Numbered from the stretch's first letter, positions 1 through 13,959 are shown. The stretch: DNA of 64,000 nt from Camelus ferus (GCF_009834535.1 NC_045697.1:92382001-92446000); one strand, 5' to 3'. The notes: generated by a model from the letters alone, not told the origin. Translations and numbers: made by a program.

Positions 1-1699
1 TAGCTTTCTGGATAAGACAGAAAACTTGAAGCAGGGCCACTTTTCTTTTGAAACACCTTTCAATATGAAGACTAATTAATTACTTGCTCAAATAAAATGA
101 TAAAATTTTCCAAAACAGTGATATCAGAAAAACACTAGTACAATCAGACTTCTATCCTAGAATTTTAATAATAAAAGTATTTCGAGTAAAGACAGACTTC
201 CATAATATGAAAACCTAATGCTTTTTGGTGTAAATCTAAATATTGTGGTTGTGAAAGAAAAGGTCAAGATATTTAGAGAATCTGAGGTGTTATCAATAAA
301 TTATCTAATGAGCTCACTCAATCAAAATATATCATAAAACAGAAATCAAATTTAGATGACCTATAAGAAGCGTGGCATTGATTCTAAAGTCCAAGATGAA
401 TGGAGGCTTGACAGAATGAAGAGAAAGGGTGGGTATTTTGACTTTTGTCTTCTAACTTCATTCTGCTTAGTGTGTAATCCTTCAGGCTATACGTTTGTTC
501 AATAATGATCTAATCTCTATGGCTAGGGGAAATTATTCCCAGCCAGTGCAACACATCAATTCATGCTTTTGACAAATTTCAGTAACTCCAGGGAAGAGTA
601 GAGTTGCATGTTATTGACATTATCATTAGTCATTTAGAAATGTCTCAGTCAAGGGTGTCATTATCTAAGAATACACAAATAGACCAGTGACCTATGATCT
701 TTTCCAAATCAAACTGCATGTACCTCAATCTTTATAAAACCATGCCCTTCTGTTTCTTTCCCTATCCTGACTACTATATAGCTGGCAGATTTCAGCTATT
801 TAACTTGTTCGTGTTATTTCCCATTTAGCATTCATATATGTAGATTCAAGATTTTGGAAATGTTTATATTTTTGTCTTTTAGTGTATTCATTTATTTGTA
901 GTATTCATGCTACCGTAAGATTTATTGCACCCATATTTCATACAAAACTTTGGTTCAGTGCTTTGGAATATCCAAATGGAAAATAATGGACCTCACTCAC
1001 CCTTACTGAGATTTAAGTATATTTGAAGTGAGAAATATATACAAGACAATCATATAATTCCAGGTGAATGGTGAAAAGATCCATAAGAAAGGTACAGACA
1101 AATTGACATAGGAGTTCAGATGTAATCAAGAGACAACTTTTGAAATAAAATGTGTAATATTTGAGAATAAAACAGTTTATTTTACATTTTAACTGTAGTC
1201 TGGAAGGGAGATTCAAAACAAATCGATGATTGCCTTTTTATCACCTTTAAACTTTTGACACAAAATACCTACATTTTGAGGATTGGTATTTTAAATTTAC
1301 TGAGAAGGAAATAAATACCTTACAATGAGTAGATTGTAAAAAAAAATTTGTTTTAATGAAATGGAATCTCAATTTTTATACCTTTTAGGAGATTATACAT
1401 CAAAAAAAACAAAACAAAACAAAACGTGATTTATTTAGGAGTCATTGATTCATGGGTTTAGATCACTTTTATATGCATTGGTAATGCATTTTAAAATATT
1501 CACAATTAGCAATGAATTACTAATAGTAAACCCAGTGAATACTATTCCTCAATTTTTATGTGATTTGTCTTTTTAATTTTTAAATGTTATTTTCTTCAGT
1601 TTTTTTCCTGTATTGATGTCCATTTTCTAAGAAACATTTATTTCTCTTCCTCCTCTCTACCACTTCATCTTGTTATGTTGTTCTAGAATTTCTGTCTCT

Positions 1700-2660
1700 G
1701 TATTCCAAATATCTGGGAAGTCCTGAGTTTCCCAGCCTCAGCATCCTTTTCTTGCTTTCAGCTCTCCTGGATACTTCACTGACTTTCGTATTTATGCTCA
1801 CTATTGATGAATTCAAACTCAATATGTCTAAAAAGAAACTCACTTTTAACAATTAACAAATCTACTCCTCCCACAGAATTTTAAATCTCTATTAATGGCC
1901 TCACAATGTCATCAGTAACCTAAACTAGAAATCAGGATTTAATCCAAAAGCATCATCTCCTAATTTTCCACATTTACTTACTCACCAGCTTTGTTGATAT
2001 TACCAGCCACATATGCTTTAAATCAGTTTTATCTTTCCTGTCTCCAGTGACAGACACTACTACCTCTGGATAGTAGCAAGTTCTGGGCCTCTGTTATAAT
2101 GTGAACAGTCTCAATCTTCCTTTCATTATTGTAGCCAAGTAATCTCTCTAGAATATAAATCTTATGTTATATCCATTCCCATGCCCCACCTAAAACCTTG
2201 AGGGTAAAGACTAATTTTTTTTTCTTTTATCTTTTTTTTTTTTTTTTTTTTTGCCTGGCATATGGAGTCCTCAGGATATAGATCCAGGTGCAACTTCTGC
2301 CTCTCTTTCCTTATGCCTTATGTCACATTTGTACTGAATTACAAGCAATAACCTTGATACATTGTGTTATGATGCACTGTGTTAAGTTATTGAGCTTTTC
2401 CTTTGACCTGACACAGTGCCTTTTCTCCTTATTTTTCTAGCAAACTCCTACTCATCATAGGAGAGCTTGCTCCCTGGAGCCATCTCCCTTATCCTTCCAG
2501 TCAGATTTCACTTCTTCTGTTGCTCCCCTTATGAAGTGTCGCATACTGTTCGTTACAGCTGTACTGTGAGCAGAGGTTTCCCCAACATTTGCTCCCTAGA
2601 ACTTAGCACTGTGGCTGGTGTATACTAGGATCTCATTTATAGTTTCTTAAACATGTGAAA
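1700..2660 (+). mobile_element. L2 LINE 3' fragment (decayed)
   Basis: L2-like motifs 'tcaaactcaatatgtctaaaaagaaactc', 'aatggcctcacaat...taaactagaaatcagga' and 3' end 'cttagcactgtggctggtgtatactagg'. Boundaries approximate. Confidence 0.75.
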
Positions 2661-4783
2661 AATTAATTCTGCTGTATCATTTTTCATAATAAATCAAGCT
2701 AATAAAAAAGTCTTTGAGATCCAATCAGGACCACTTTCTCTGAAGTGAAAGCAAAAAGCAAATGGCTAAGTTGATGAAGGTGGTTAACTGAATAAAGATT
2801 CGCTTTAGAAAGAGGAAAGATGATGACGAGGATGGTGAAGAGACCATCAACAACATTTGCCACAATGGCACCATTCTATGTGATGTTGAAATATTGAATA
2901 CTTTTTAAATTTAGAGGAAGAGTGAGGCACTGCTTTTATTATATCTATATACATATACAAGTGCAATACATAAAACACATCTATTTATTGAGTGTTCCTA
3001 TATTTTATAATGTATTATATCATATAAAAGTATTCTTTTTGTTCGAATTTATGTCAGCTGTTTCCCACTACTAGAGAAAATAGACTTCTAAATAAAGAGA
3101 ATGTGGAGAGGAGGGAGGCAGTAATATTCTGGTGGTGATTTAGGGCTGAGCCAGCTGATGCTCAGCTATTCAGCAAGAGAACAACTCTTGAAGAGGGTTG
3201 TGAATTAGGCTGGCTGAAACTCAACAATTCTAGAGAACAACAACAACAACACAGATTTAGCCAAGAGGAAGTAAAGGACTGAACACTGTGAAAGACTTAA
3301 TGAAACAGATGGCTCATTGTTTTGCCGTGGAGCCTCTACAATCAAGTCTGTTTTTAACCCATTTTAAAGACTCATGTATTGATATTTCAAAAAGTAAATT
3401 CTAGTTCTAGAGAATCTATCAAGCAGTAATATTTTTGTCCTGAACAGTTGAGTGATAGTTATGAACTAAACATTGTTTAGAAGAATGAATTTGCAAGGGA
3501 CTGTGTATTCATTTTTTAAAATGTGAGTTAACTTCAATTTCTATCATGGATAAATTTCTTAATAAAAGATTGGAAGAACAGTGGGAAAATACAATGTTAA
3601 TAAGTGGTCGCCAATTTTCATGTTGGTGAAATTGAAATAACCACAAATTATGATATCTTTCATAATTGAGAATAAACGTTATTCAATGACACATCATTTT
3701 ACAACTCATTTGTCACATAAAAACTAGCAAGCGTAGTTTGGCCAGGCCAACTTCCAACTTGGGCTCCCTTCACAGGGAGGTATATCCCTCAGTTTGAGTA
3801 AGAAAATCAGCTGACAGTCACTTGCTGCAATTAGAAATATACTGACAGCTCATTGTTGCTCCAGAATATTTTGCTGTGTTTCTAATCTTGCTTTTCACCT
3901 GCCTTAAGATTTTAATTATTTTAAGATGAGTTTTATAATACTTAAATAACCTATTGTTGAATTATTGATATTAAATATGCTATTTATTTATTCATTCAGC
4001 CATTTTTTTTCTGAAATTGCTGGTAGAGTCAAGCACTAGCCTCTCCCTTTGCCATGAGTATCGACCACAAATTTTTCTGTTAATACAATAACACAAAATA
4101 GTTGATTTTTGCCTCCTTTTTTTTTAAAAGGGGCAGGGTCTTTAGGAAGAGAGGCACTGGCATAGAGTCGATGATGGGATTGGTTCCTCAGTCACTGCTC
4201 TGTAGCTCTTTTCTCCTTCTGCAGCATTTTCTTGAAGAGGTCATCGGTACTCAGTATGTACCCTTTCACAAGTGCCATTCTTTATTCTGAACTATCTTGA
4301 TTTTGCCTCAGCCACTGTTTTGAATTTATCTTACTTACTTCTTCAATTCATTTAATTGCGAAAAACAAATGTTTCTTTCTAGACCTCATCCTGCTTGAAA
4401 ATCTCTGCTGCATTTCTATTAGTCCCTGGCTTGTGTCTTTCCTAGTGGAAAAGTCTGTAGCCCCACTTGAAGGTTCCACTCCTCACCTTCCCCTGAACCA
4501 GCCAGTCACCTTCAGTGCAGGGTGTTTGTCAGCAGCTGCAGCAATCCAGTCTTTGAGGTCCAGCTTGCTGCTGTGGATCTGGTTTTTATTTTATCTTATT
4601 TTTTTGTAGGCATCCTAAGCAGTCGTGTACTTACCAAGTTCCAGTTTTTTGAAGTGTTTTACTTGTCTGAGAGGCTCAGATCCTTGTTCAGCTCCCCCTA
4701 GATGGAAGCTGTTGGTATCAGCATTCTAAATTTACCTCTTGCCAGCATTTGTTTTAATCTATGTAAGAATCCCTTTAGGATGT

Positions 4784-4811
4784 TTTGTTTGTTTGTTTGT
4801 TTGTTTGTTTG
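4784..4811 (+). repeat. (TTTG)7 microsatellite
   Basis: Directly visible tandem TTTG units. Confidence 0.9.
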
Positions 4812-4814
4812 TTT

Positions 4815-4930
4815 TTAATGCAGATCCATGAACCCTTGTGAATTGGGAGTCTGCAAATGATAAGGCCAGTAAATCTACATTTTAATGATTATTTTCAAGT
4901 GATTGTGATTTGCCTGTCTTAGAAGCTACT
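4815..4930. mobile_element. MER5-like hAT-Charlie fragment
   Basis: 'aatgcagatcc...aaatctacattttaat...caagtgattgtgat' resembles the MER5A core. Confidence 0.5.
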
Positions 4931-5149
4931 TAGAAAAAAAACAAGTTAGCATTAAGACAGTAACTAGAATGCTTTTTAAAAATATGATATTTCTAGTTGC
5001 TTGATATTTAGCAATGCCTACCATGTTTATTTTTTGCTATAATCCTCCATTTGAAAACATGTGATTTCTCATGTTAAAATGTGTCTAAATCAAGCTGGCT
5101 GCCATTTTGCTAACTTTTTTTCCTGTTTTAATGCATTGAGTAAAGTACT

Positions 5150-5640
5150 TTGAGCTGAAGGTTGTCTGACTTTAAGTGGCTTCAACAGTAGAGATGTTAA
5201 TTAACCGTCATGACAAAATGTCAAAAGGTTACGGTATTAGAGTTAGTTTGGTGACTCAGTACTGTTATCAAGGACCCCAGTTCTTCCATCTTTTTCTGCT
5301 GTTTTATCCTAAGTATATTGATACTTATCCTCAGGCTTAAGCCCTTAGAGGTACAAAACAGGAAGTCACATAGTTAAAACAGCTGTCACAGCTTCAGGCA
5401 ACATGTCCTCAGTTGTATCTAAAGGCAGAAAAAAGGAGAGGAGCTTTTTCATCATGTCACTCTTTCCTTTTGCATGGGAGAATTACTTTTCTTTTTTTTC
5501 CAAAAGCATCACAGTGGACTTCTTCATATGACTGAATGTCCAAAAGCATTCTTTTTACCCCCAGGTTAATCAGTGTGATGATATCAGGATCATTTTATAC
5601 CCCAGAGGCTATAGGAAGATCCCAGGCTCCCTGATTATCC
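5150..5640 (-). mobile_element. MLT1K/L-like MaLR LTR
   Basis: 'agtggcttcaaca...tcaaggaccccagttcttccatc...ctgctgttttatcct' matches old MLT1 LTRs in reverse orientation. Confidence 0.65.
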
Positions 5641-5650
5641 ACAAATACAA

Positions 5651-5671
5651 AATAATAATAATAATAATAAT
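5651..5671 (+). repeat. (AAT)7 microsatellite
   Basis: Directly visible. Confidence 0.9.
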
Positions 5672-6189
5672 ACTTTATTCATCTGATTATTTTATGAGAG
5701 TGGATAAATATATCATTTAAAATTGATGTAATAAGTTATTTTCATTAAATATGTATATACTTAAATTAACAAGTTAAATATAATTATATTTTCCAATATT
5801 ATCTAAAACCCTAGACTTTATACATTCAAGTTGACCAACAAAGTTTTTAATGGATCTTTTTAGTGGGAAAAAGGAATTCACCATATTTCTGCTGTTGACA
5901 AATGTTCAAGATCATTAGATGTGTCAGGTGTCATATATCATTTATAGTGAATGTCTTTTTGAGTTGACGTATTGGTTATACTTAGATACTTCTTGATAAA
6001 ATCCTTTACTTGTTTACATAATCAACCTACTCCCCTAGTTCTCTTCCTACTTATCTCATTAATTCATATCTATTAATAATCTCATACATGTTGCAAATTT
6101 TCAAACACTTTATTTTTAGTCCTCTTTGTTCATGGTCACTCTAAGAATTTCGTTTAATTACATCATTTAACAGCTAAGCTACGGGAGGG

Positions 6190-7318
6190 ATGCTGAAATC
6201 TGTTACTTTAGCTTTGATCTCTCTTCCGTATTTTCACTTTCTGACAATACAAACACATTCCAAACTCAGATTTATCCAAAGCAGGTACTGTACTTCCATC
6301 CCAATACTCTCACTAAATCTGCTTCTTGTGTCTCATTTAACACCATGACTATGGTTCTTCAAGCCCTATTGTTATCTAAAATTACATTCTTGGCAAATCA
6401 CTCAAGTGGGATTATACTTCCCTAGGTAATGTGAATAAAGAAAAGTGAAAAAAGGCACTGTGCTATAAGTACTTTCAAGTCTCAAAAAGGATGTAAGTTA
6501 TGCCTGAAATAATTGTAATTTATTCAACTGTTTGGAGTTATCAGTGTTTTTTTTTCTGTTGTATCCTCCATACACTGAATTAGCAAATCCTTCTGAATCA
6601 CATAAGAAATAAGATCCAGAAAAAAAACCCTGTTATTCAGGACCTCCACCATCACAGCTATGTAGAAACCAGCATCGTCTTTAACAGAGAATTGTGTAAC
6701 TGATTCTTAACTACTCTGCCTTTTTTCAGCATGCACACACACACAATTTCCCTACAGCAACTAAAGGAATCCTCTGCTCAAAACCCAATGATCTCCATTC
6801 TTTCTCAGAGTAAAAGCAAGAATCTTTACAGTGACCTAAACATGAACTTCACCTCCATTCTCTTCTCAAACTTAACTCCTAACAATCTCAGCCTTAATTA
6901 CTTTCCTCTAGCCACGCATGCCATCTGGAATCAAAGTCTTCACAGGACTGTCTTCTCTGTGTGGAAGGCCCTTGCCCTATGTATCTTTAGGACTTTCTTC
7001 CTTAATGCCTTTAGGTCTGTGTCCAAAAGATAGCCTAAGGAAAAGACCTCTATGACCACCATATTTAAAATAATACAGCCCACCTCCAGTACCTTCTAAG
7101 TGCTTTACCCACGTGTTTTTTTTTTTCCTTTGTACTTATTACCACCTATTTGGCCAGTCTATTGATCTATCTAGCTCTCCATAAAGAATGGAAGCTCTAT
7201 GAGGGCAGGGCCTTTTTTTCTGTTTCTTTCACTGTTGTGTTTCCAGGATATAGCATAATGTCTTAACATATAAATAATGCTCTTAAATATTTATAAGTAA
7301 ACAAATGAATAAATAGTA
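6190..7318 (+). mobile_element. L2 LINE 3' portion (fragmented)
   Basis: Typical L2 3' end 'gaagctctatgagggcagggcc...ttcactgttgtgtttccagga...aaacaaatgaataaat'. Contains the chance ORF 6731-7033. Confidence 0.8.
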
Positions 7319-7963
7319 TGGAATATATACATAACTTCCAAAACTAGGTGGAGAAAAGAAAGTGGACTAAAGGGAACTGGTATTTTATGAATTCCTATCA
7401 GCCATACATATTGTTCTTCGTATTACATTACACAAAATTAAAGCATATACCAACCTTGACTGTATGGCAACATCAAATAGAAAATCATTTATACTTTCCC
7501 ATTGAAAAGGTCCATCAAATAGTTTTTTGGGCTATTTGAATTCATCAATTTGAGGATTTTGATAGTATTGAAAACTACATATTTAACTTGTTTATAATGT
7601 AATTAAAATAGCATAATGCATTAATTTAAAATACTAAAGTTCTGGTCTCATAATAAATGAAATCATTTTATTCAACTACTCATATATCTCTTAGACATTA
7701 ATGTCATTACCTAACACAGTCCTTGTCTCCTATTCTCTCTCATCTAAACTGTCCAAGGTGAATCATGTGTGATACAAGATACTGTGACCTAAAATCACAA
7801 ATTCCATAGTAATAAAATTAGGAGAATGATTTTCCTTTTACAGTTTTTTTTTCTTATAGATAGAATTGTGACCTTCACAGTGTGGCAACTTATTTTATAG
7901 TTTTCAAATAATCTTTGCAGTTTTTTTGTCTTCTGTTTCCCTCTTTCTCTTTCTCTTTAACAG

Positions 7964-8064
7964 TGATAACGAACACTTCCAACTGTGAGAGCGTATACTC
8001 AGAAGTGATGACTAGATCTGTGTTTGTTGTTGTTGTTACTGTTGTTTGGCTCTTGTTTTACTAA
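7964..8064 (+). other. Weak candidate exon behind a strong 3' splice site
   Basis: ~40-nt pyrimidine tract ending 'ctctttaacag' (AG at 7962-7963). Possible donor T|GTGAGA after 21 nt, or read-through to a stop. Confidence 0.2.
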
Positions 8065-8299
8065 TTATGTCAAGTTACCTAGTTACCTCTAACCTCATCT
8101 AGAGACGACTGTTTTTCCTAACATATATCTTGAGTAATTCTCCCTAAAGAAAACATAAAAAAGGCTGTCTATATAACAAAAGTCCGTAAAAGCTCACAAT
8201 GAAGTGCTCTCTATTTCCTAAAGGTAAATTCTCAAGGAGAAAAACTCACATAATATTTGCACATGTTTACTAATTTATCTCTTAATAATTATAGCATCT

Positions 8300-9000
8300 C
8301 TGAGTTGGGTATTGTGAACTCCAGGAATAGAGAAGAGGGGGTGGATTTCCACTGTGGGAATTCAGAAGTGTCTTGAGGAGAGTGGTACGAAGATTAGATA
8401 TAGATATGATTTAGATGAAGTAAATGATGGGTTGAGTCATTCCAGGTGGAGGAACAGGGAATGTAAAAGCATGGCTTTAGACAGAAGTGCAGGCTACGAG
8501 TGGAAGAAATAAGAGCCCTCTTTATCACACACTGATACTTCTGGTTTGTCCAGAACTCCAGTATTAAAAAGCCTGGAAAGGGAACATGATTTTATGATGC
8601 AGAACTTAGCTGTCTTGGTAAGAAAATTGGTCTTTAATCCATAGTGAGGAGACATTAGAAATTTCTACAAGGTTAGAGTGATTGTGGGTCTGTCATATGC
8701 CTGCTGTTTGCCCTTATTTAATGTTTGACCTGCTGTTTGACTTTATTTAATCATAATAACAATCCTGAGAGACACGTGTTACTTTCATTTTACAGATCAG
8801 GAAAAGCCAATATTATAGCAGTAAAATAATGCCCCCAAGTGACACTGAAATAGACCTAAAATTCATTTTTTCTTATGTTTCAGTTGTCTCCTGTCTCTAC
8901 CTTAGCAAGATGACAGTATGTAGAATGATTTGGAGAGGGAGGGGGCTAGAAGAGGAGCAAGGAGACTAGCTGGGAGGTACTGAAATTAGATGTGATGAGT
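8300..9000 (-). mobile_element. L2 fragment interrupted by a MIR (~8700-8870)
   Basis: Purine-rich reverse L2 motifs 'cattccaggtggaggaacagggaatgtaaaagcatgg' and 'caaggagactagctgggaggtactg'. MIR core 'ttcattttacagatcaggaaaagc'. Confidence 0.65.
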
Positions 9001-10546
9001 TTTAATGCAAACTAAGGAGTGAGCATAAGGGAATGTTATAGCTGTAATTACTAGAAGTGAATTTATCTGCTGTTAAATTTGGTTTTGAAGAATATTGGAA
9101 AATATTGTGATAAGAGATATTTGATGATTTAGTTTCAGTCTGATGAGAAATATACAAGATTATTAACCCTAATATTAACCTCATTTAAAATTGTTAAATA
9201 GACCTGCTATTTACCTTAGTCACATAAAACACAATGATAGGTAGAATCTTATATTAAGAAGTAGTAAAAATGTATACAGCACTGGATTTCCTTTCTGGTG
9301 TTCACACACTGGAAACATAGTACCAATATTCATATAAATAATATTCTAAGATATGCTTTCTGTCACCAACAATGTAACAGTATCAATAAGCAATTTATTT
9401 CAAAAGGTCCTTTCATCCAAAGAACTCAAAAGTATTATAAACATTAATTACATTTAAAAGTCTCTAAGGGTTAGATTCATTTGGGTAAATTTCTCTTATA
9501 GAATCACCTACATATAATAGTGTTAAATAATAATATACCAAATAATCAGAGTATTTGAAGCACAGGATTAACATAAGTCTTGTTAAAGATGATGCTAATA
9601 GAAAATTTTACTTTATGGTGTCACTTTTTTATTATCAACACAATCTTTATAAACCCTTCTCTAAATCACAGTGAAATTCTCAAAAAAACACATACTAAAG
9701 ATCAGAGGTGGATTTTCTCTGTAGACAATGAATTGTAAACTTTGGTTCCCCTCACCTGCACATCCATTTCCATGACCCCGGTAGATGTCCTAAAAGTGTG
9801 TTGTTCACAAGGTCGTGGGAAATAGTAGCCAAGTCTATAAAATGTATGTGGAAGATGGAACTCTCTTGACGTTACTTTCTGGGTAAATGAGTTGGCATTA
9901 GTGTCCCTAGGTTGACAAAAATTTACATTCCTCACTTGTGTCATTAACAATCATATATTCCAGCCCAGAATATCAAACAACAGTTTGCTCATGAGAGCAA
10001 TTTCAGGGAGCATTGTATAGGAAAGTAAAACAGGGAAAGAGTGAGTTTCTCAATATGGCTGAAAAATGTTTTCCTTCTCCAAAAAATAATTTTAAGCTTT
10101 ATATGTTCTGTTGTTGAACTCTATTTAATTTTGAAGTAAAAGCAGTATCAGAGAAAATGTTGTCGATCTTTTTTTCAGCTTAACTATATATCTGCTAGTT
10201 ATCAATTTCTAACATAATACAAGTTTTACAAGAATAAGTGGAACAGGACAAATAAAGAATCAAGGCCTGTGTTCCTTTGCAGGGGAAAAACCTACAGTAG
10301 TAGGTAGTTTATAATCCTGTGCAACATGAACACTGTATCCCTGAAATGGAGAAAAGAGAGAGTACTAGACTTTCTGCCCTCCCCATGTGCTCTACAAATT
10401 GGACAAGAGATCTCTTTCTTTCTGGATGAACACTGGTTCTGGCAAGGGATTAGGAACTTGGGTAGAATGTCTCAAGTGAATTCAAAATTTGAAGCAGAAG
10501 ACATAGAAATTATAAACAACACATGGTGGGCAAAGAAGAACTGGAA

Positions 10547-10718
10547 CAGTACTGCTCAACAGTACTTTCTGGGATGATAGAAATGTGGCTATTGCATAGT
10601 TGAAATGTGGCTAAAAAGACAGGTGAACTGAATTTTTTATTTCATTAAATTTAATTAATTTGAATTTAAATAGTCATTTGACTTTAAATAGGCTAGTGGC
10701 TACCTTAGTAGACAGCAA
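10547..10718 (+). mobile_element. MER3 hAT-Charlie MITE, internally deleted
   Basis: 'actttctgggatgatagaaatgt', 'ttgaaatgtggcta...gaactgaattt', 'ggctagtggctaccttagtagacagc'. Confidence 0.8.
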
Positions 10719-11149
10719 AGATCTCGAAGTTCGTAGTAGTAGTCAGTGTATGTAGCTCTGCTGGGCTAGATGTACACAGAATAAAGAATGTCAGTTGAAG
10801 GAGAATATTGCTAATATGAAAAAAAAATAGAAAAGAGAAAATTCATGTGGTCCTGAAGAGGCAGAGAACATAATCTTGGTTTCTGATTTTTAGTTCCCGT
10901 TTGTGTGGGACCTAGCTTGTCTTTGCCCTGTAATTAAATTTGATAAGAAATCTGGTCTCTCCCAATAAAGTTCATTTATACTTTGAGTTAATTTAGGTAA
11001 ATTACTTTAAAAAACACTTGACTTGGTGAAACAATCTCACAGCAAATGGCAAAATGTCTCCAGACTCCCAGGTAAACTGCAGAAAACAATCCCAGCCCAG
11101 CACTTCCTACCTGGATCTGTGGAGTTACCTGCTTTGCTTCCAGTATGAT

Positions 11150-11380
11150 ATAGTAGACAGAGCTTGAGTTCACAAGTTGTATAGATCTGAGCTGATATTT
11201 TAGCTCAGTTACTAAGTTGCGTGAGTCTCAGAAAATGGTTCAATATCTGCTATCACTTTATGATCTCTAAAATGAGATGAAGAACAGTCGATAATAATAC
11301 TAATATCACAGAGCTTTGGATATTAGATACGATCATATATATATACAGAATCCGTCATAGTGACTGGCATACGGTAGCTA
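11150..11380 (+). mobile_element. MIR SINE
   Basis: 'agatctgagctga...gctcagttactaagttgcgtgagtctcag...tctctaaaatgagatga'. Confidence 0.65.
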
Positions 11381-12419
11381 GTTTACCTTCTCCCTCTCAC
11401 CTGCTGCCCATGTCGAGAGCTTGCCATGCTAAGCTGATAAGCCTGATGTGTTAGAGTGAGATCACTGGTCAGAGTTCTTTTCACAAGTACTGGTCATCTT
11501 TGTGAGAGGGAAAAAAAGGGAAAGGGGGGTAATTTTTAATATTTGCATTATAGAGAAAAACTTAAAATTTGGAAGCTATGTATAAAAATCTCCACATGGA
11601 CAGTGTTTTGTTGCCTAATTAATATTGAAAGGCAATATTACTGAAATACTGAAACAAGATATCATAATTAGGTTTAAATTATCTGAAAGATTCCACAGCA
11701 ATCTCAAAAATGTTTGTTTCTGATGCATTGCTATCTCCTTACCTAAACTTTGGTGAAACTAAATAAATAAATTCATGAAAGAGAAATAACCATATAAAGG
11801 AACATATCTTCCTTGGGCAAGCTACAGTCTTCCCGAAAATGAAAAAACTCACATTAGAAATTACAATGTGTTACTTTTGTTCCAATCTTAAGCATTCTTG
11901 AAACAACAACAAAAATTCCAGTTTCTACAAAAATGTTCCCTAGGTGGTCATTTGCATACAATTGCAATGTATATGTGGTGTGTATAGAAAATAAATGATT
12001 GTCCAGATGGGAAATGGAAATTCTAAATATAATCCCTATTTATATACATTGGTCATATTATCAATTAGATGAATGAAATCCAGTTTAAATAAATAACCTA
12101 CACTATCACAATCAGTTATTTTAACAACTATAGCCTAGTGTGGCTGGGGCTGAATCTCTCACTTACTCAAGGCACTGCTATCTCACCTTGATATGGAACA
12201 TTAGGTTAGGTGTTTTAATGTTTGTTTAATTTAATAGAAACAATTTCTGTACTGATTTGTTAAATGCATTTTTAATTTTTTTCATACGTCTAGAAGCTAA
12301 ACAAATCATAATTAAAAAGGCAAACTGGCCATTATTTTTAATTGAATAAGAACATCAGAGCTTATATAGCAATGTAGACTTGGGTCTAGGTCTATAATAA
12401 CAGAATTAAATGAAAAGCA

Positions 12420-13660
12420 TGTATCTAACAGTCACCTGCATATCTCCCAGGCACGTCAAAATTTATGTGGTTAAATAAGAATTGTTCTTTCCACTAAACT
12501 TTCCCCTCTTCTCTCTAGTATTTTTTAGATAGCTAATAAGATGCCATCACTTGTCCCATAGGAAGTAAATAGTAATTATCTTTAAATTCTTTTTTTTTTT
12601 GACCTGTAACTTCTCTACCTCAAATCTGTAATCAACTCTATCTTCCCTGTAATGTCTGTCAACTTGCTTCCTCTTCTGCAATACCTCTGGTCTTCTGCTA
12701 GATAAGGCTTTCACCATATCTCACCTAAAACATTAAAACCATCAGTTCAATCCATTCTCCACAGTGAAACTAGAATGATTTTTATAAAAAAAAAATTCAG
12801 TGCTATTATTGTTCTGGCTACAAACCTACCTAGATCTTTATCTACATACTGTGGCCTCCCCACTCATAATGGAACAGAAGCTTCCTTCCATATCTGCTCT
12901 GAACTTTGGTATTGAGCTCTACATCTCTTGCCATATCATAGCACTTCCCTCCTCCTTTTGTAAAATTTTAAAAATTTCCTTGATATCCCCTCTAAATATA
13001 AATACTTATCTATTGTTATTGTCCTCTCTACTACAGAACATACTTCTGAAATTTGTGTCTGATCTCATTGTCTCCACTTCTTAACTCTTCAGTTTCTTTC
13101 TCTGTAACCAATCCACTGAAATTACTTTTGTCAATTAAAAAAAAAAACCAAACTTTAGTGTTGCCAAATCCAATGACTCTTCCATGATTTTACCTTATTT
13201 CACATTACAGGGGCATTTTTCTTGCCTTACTTTTCCTTTTTTTAGATTAGATTTTATGTCATCAACCAGTCCTGATTTTTTGCCTAACTACTTCTTAGTC
13301 TTTCTTGCAAGTTCCTTCTCCTAAAACTTTGAATACAGACATATCCTGGCATCATTCCTGCCCCCTCTTCTCTATACTTACTTATTAGGAACCCTTATGT
13401 AGTACTATATCTTTCAATATCATGTGGTCAATTTAAAACTATAGTACTAGCATTCCCATGGACATGAGACATATATCCAACCACATCATATCCAAAATAG
13501 GTAAGTAGTATTTTAAACATAACATATTCAAAATAGAATTTTGATTGTGTCTTCTGTTTCTAAGATTTTCTCCATTGCAGTAGACTGATCACTGATCACA
13601 CAGTTACTCACATCAAAAATGCAGTTGCTTTTCTTAATTGCTCTTTCTCCATCCAGTATA
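12420..13660 (+). mobile_element. L2 fragments (decayed)
   Basis: 'ccattctccacagtgaaactagaatgatt', 'gttgccaaatccaatgac', 'aaacataacatattcaaaatagaatt'. Confidence 0.65.
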
Positions 13661-13959
13661 TCAATATGCCACCCCACCCCCAACCCCCGAATTATTCTGT
13701 TTCCTTCATTTCCACTTCATAACCCTGAAGTAGGCAAGGTAAACACTGAAAAAAGTTCTGTTTCATTAGAGTTACAAATGTCTGTTAATCTAACTAATAA
13801 GAGAGAGAAAAGACAAGTCACAGTGTGAGAAATTTTGGCCACATGTATAACTGAGAAAGCACTCATCTATCAGGTGTAAAGAATTCCTATCAATGGACAT
13901 ATGGACCATGGAAATATATAATATCTTTATTGCTTTGTAGCCTAATTATAATAATATCA

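Noticed and set aside
2809..2908. Acidic coding-like stretch (KRKDDDEDGEETINN...)
   Set aside because: It is a degenerate (GAT)n run with a weak acceptor, no donor and an early stop.
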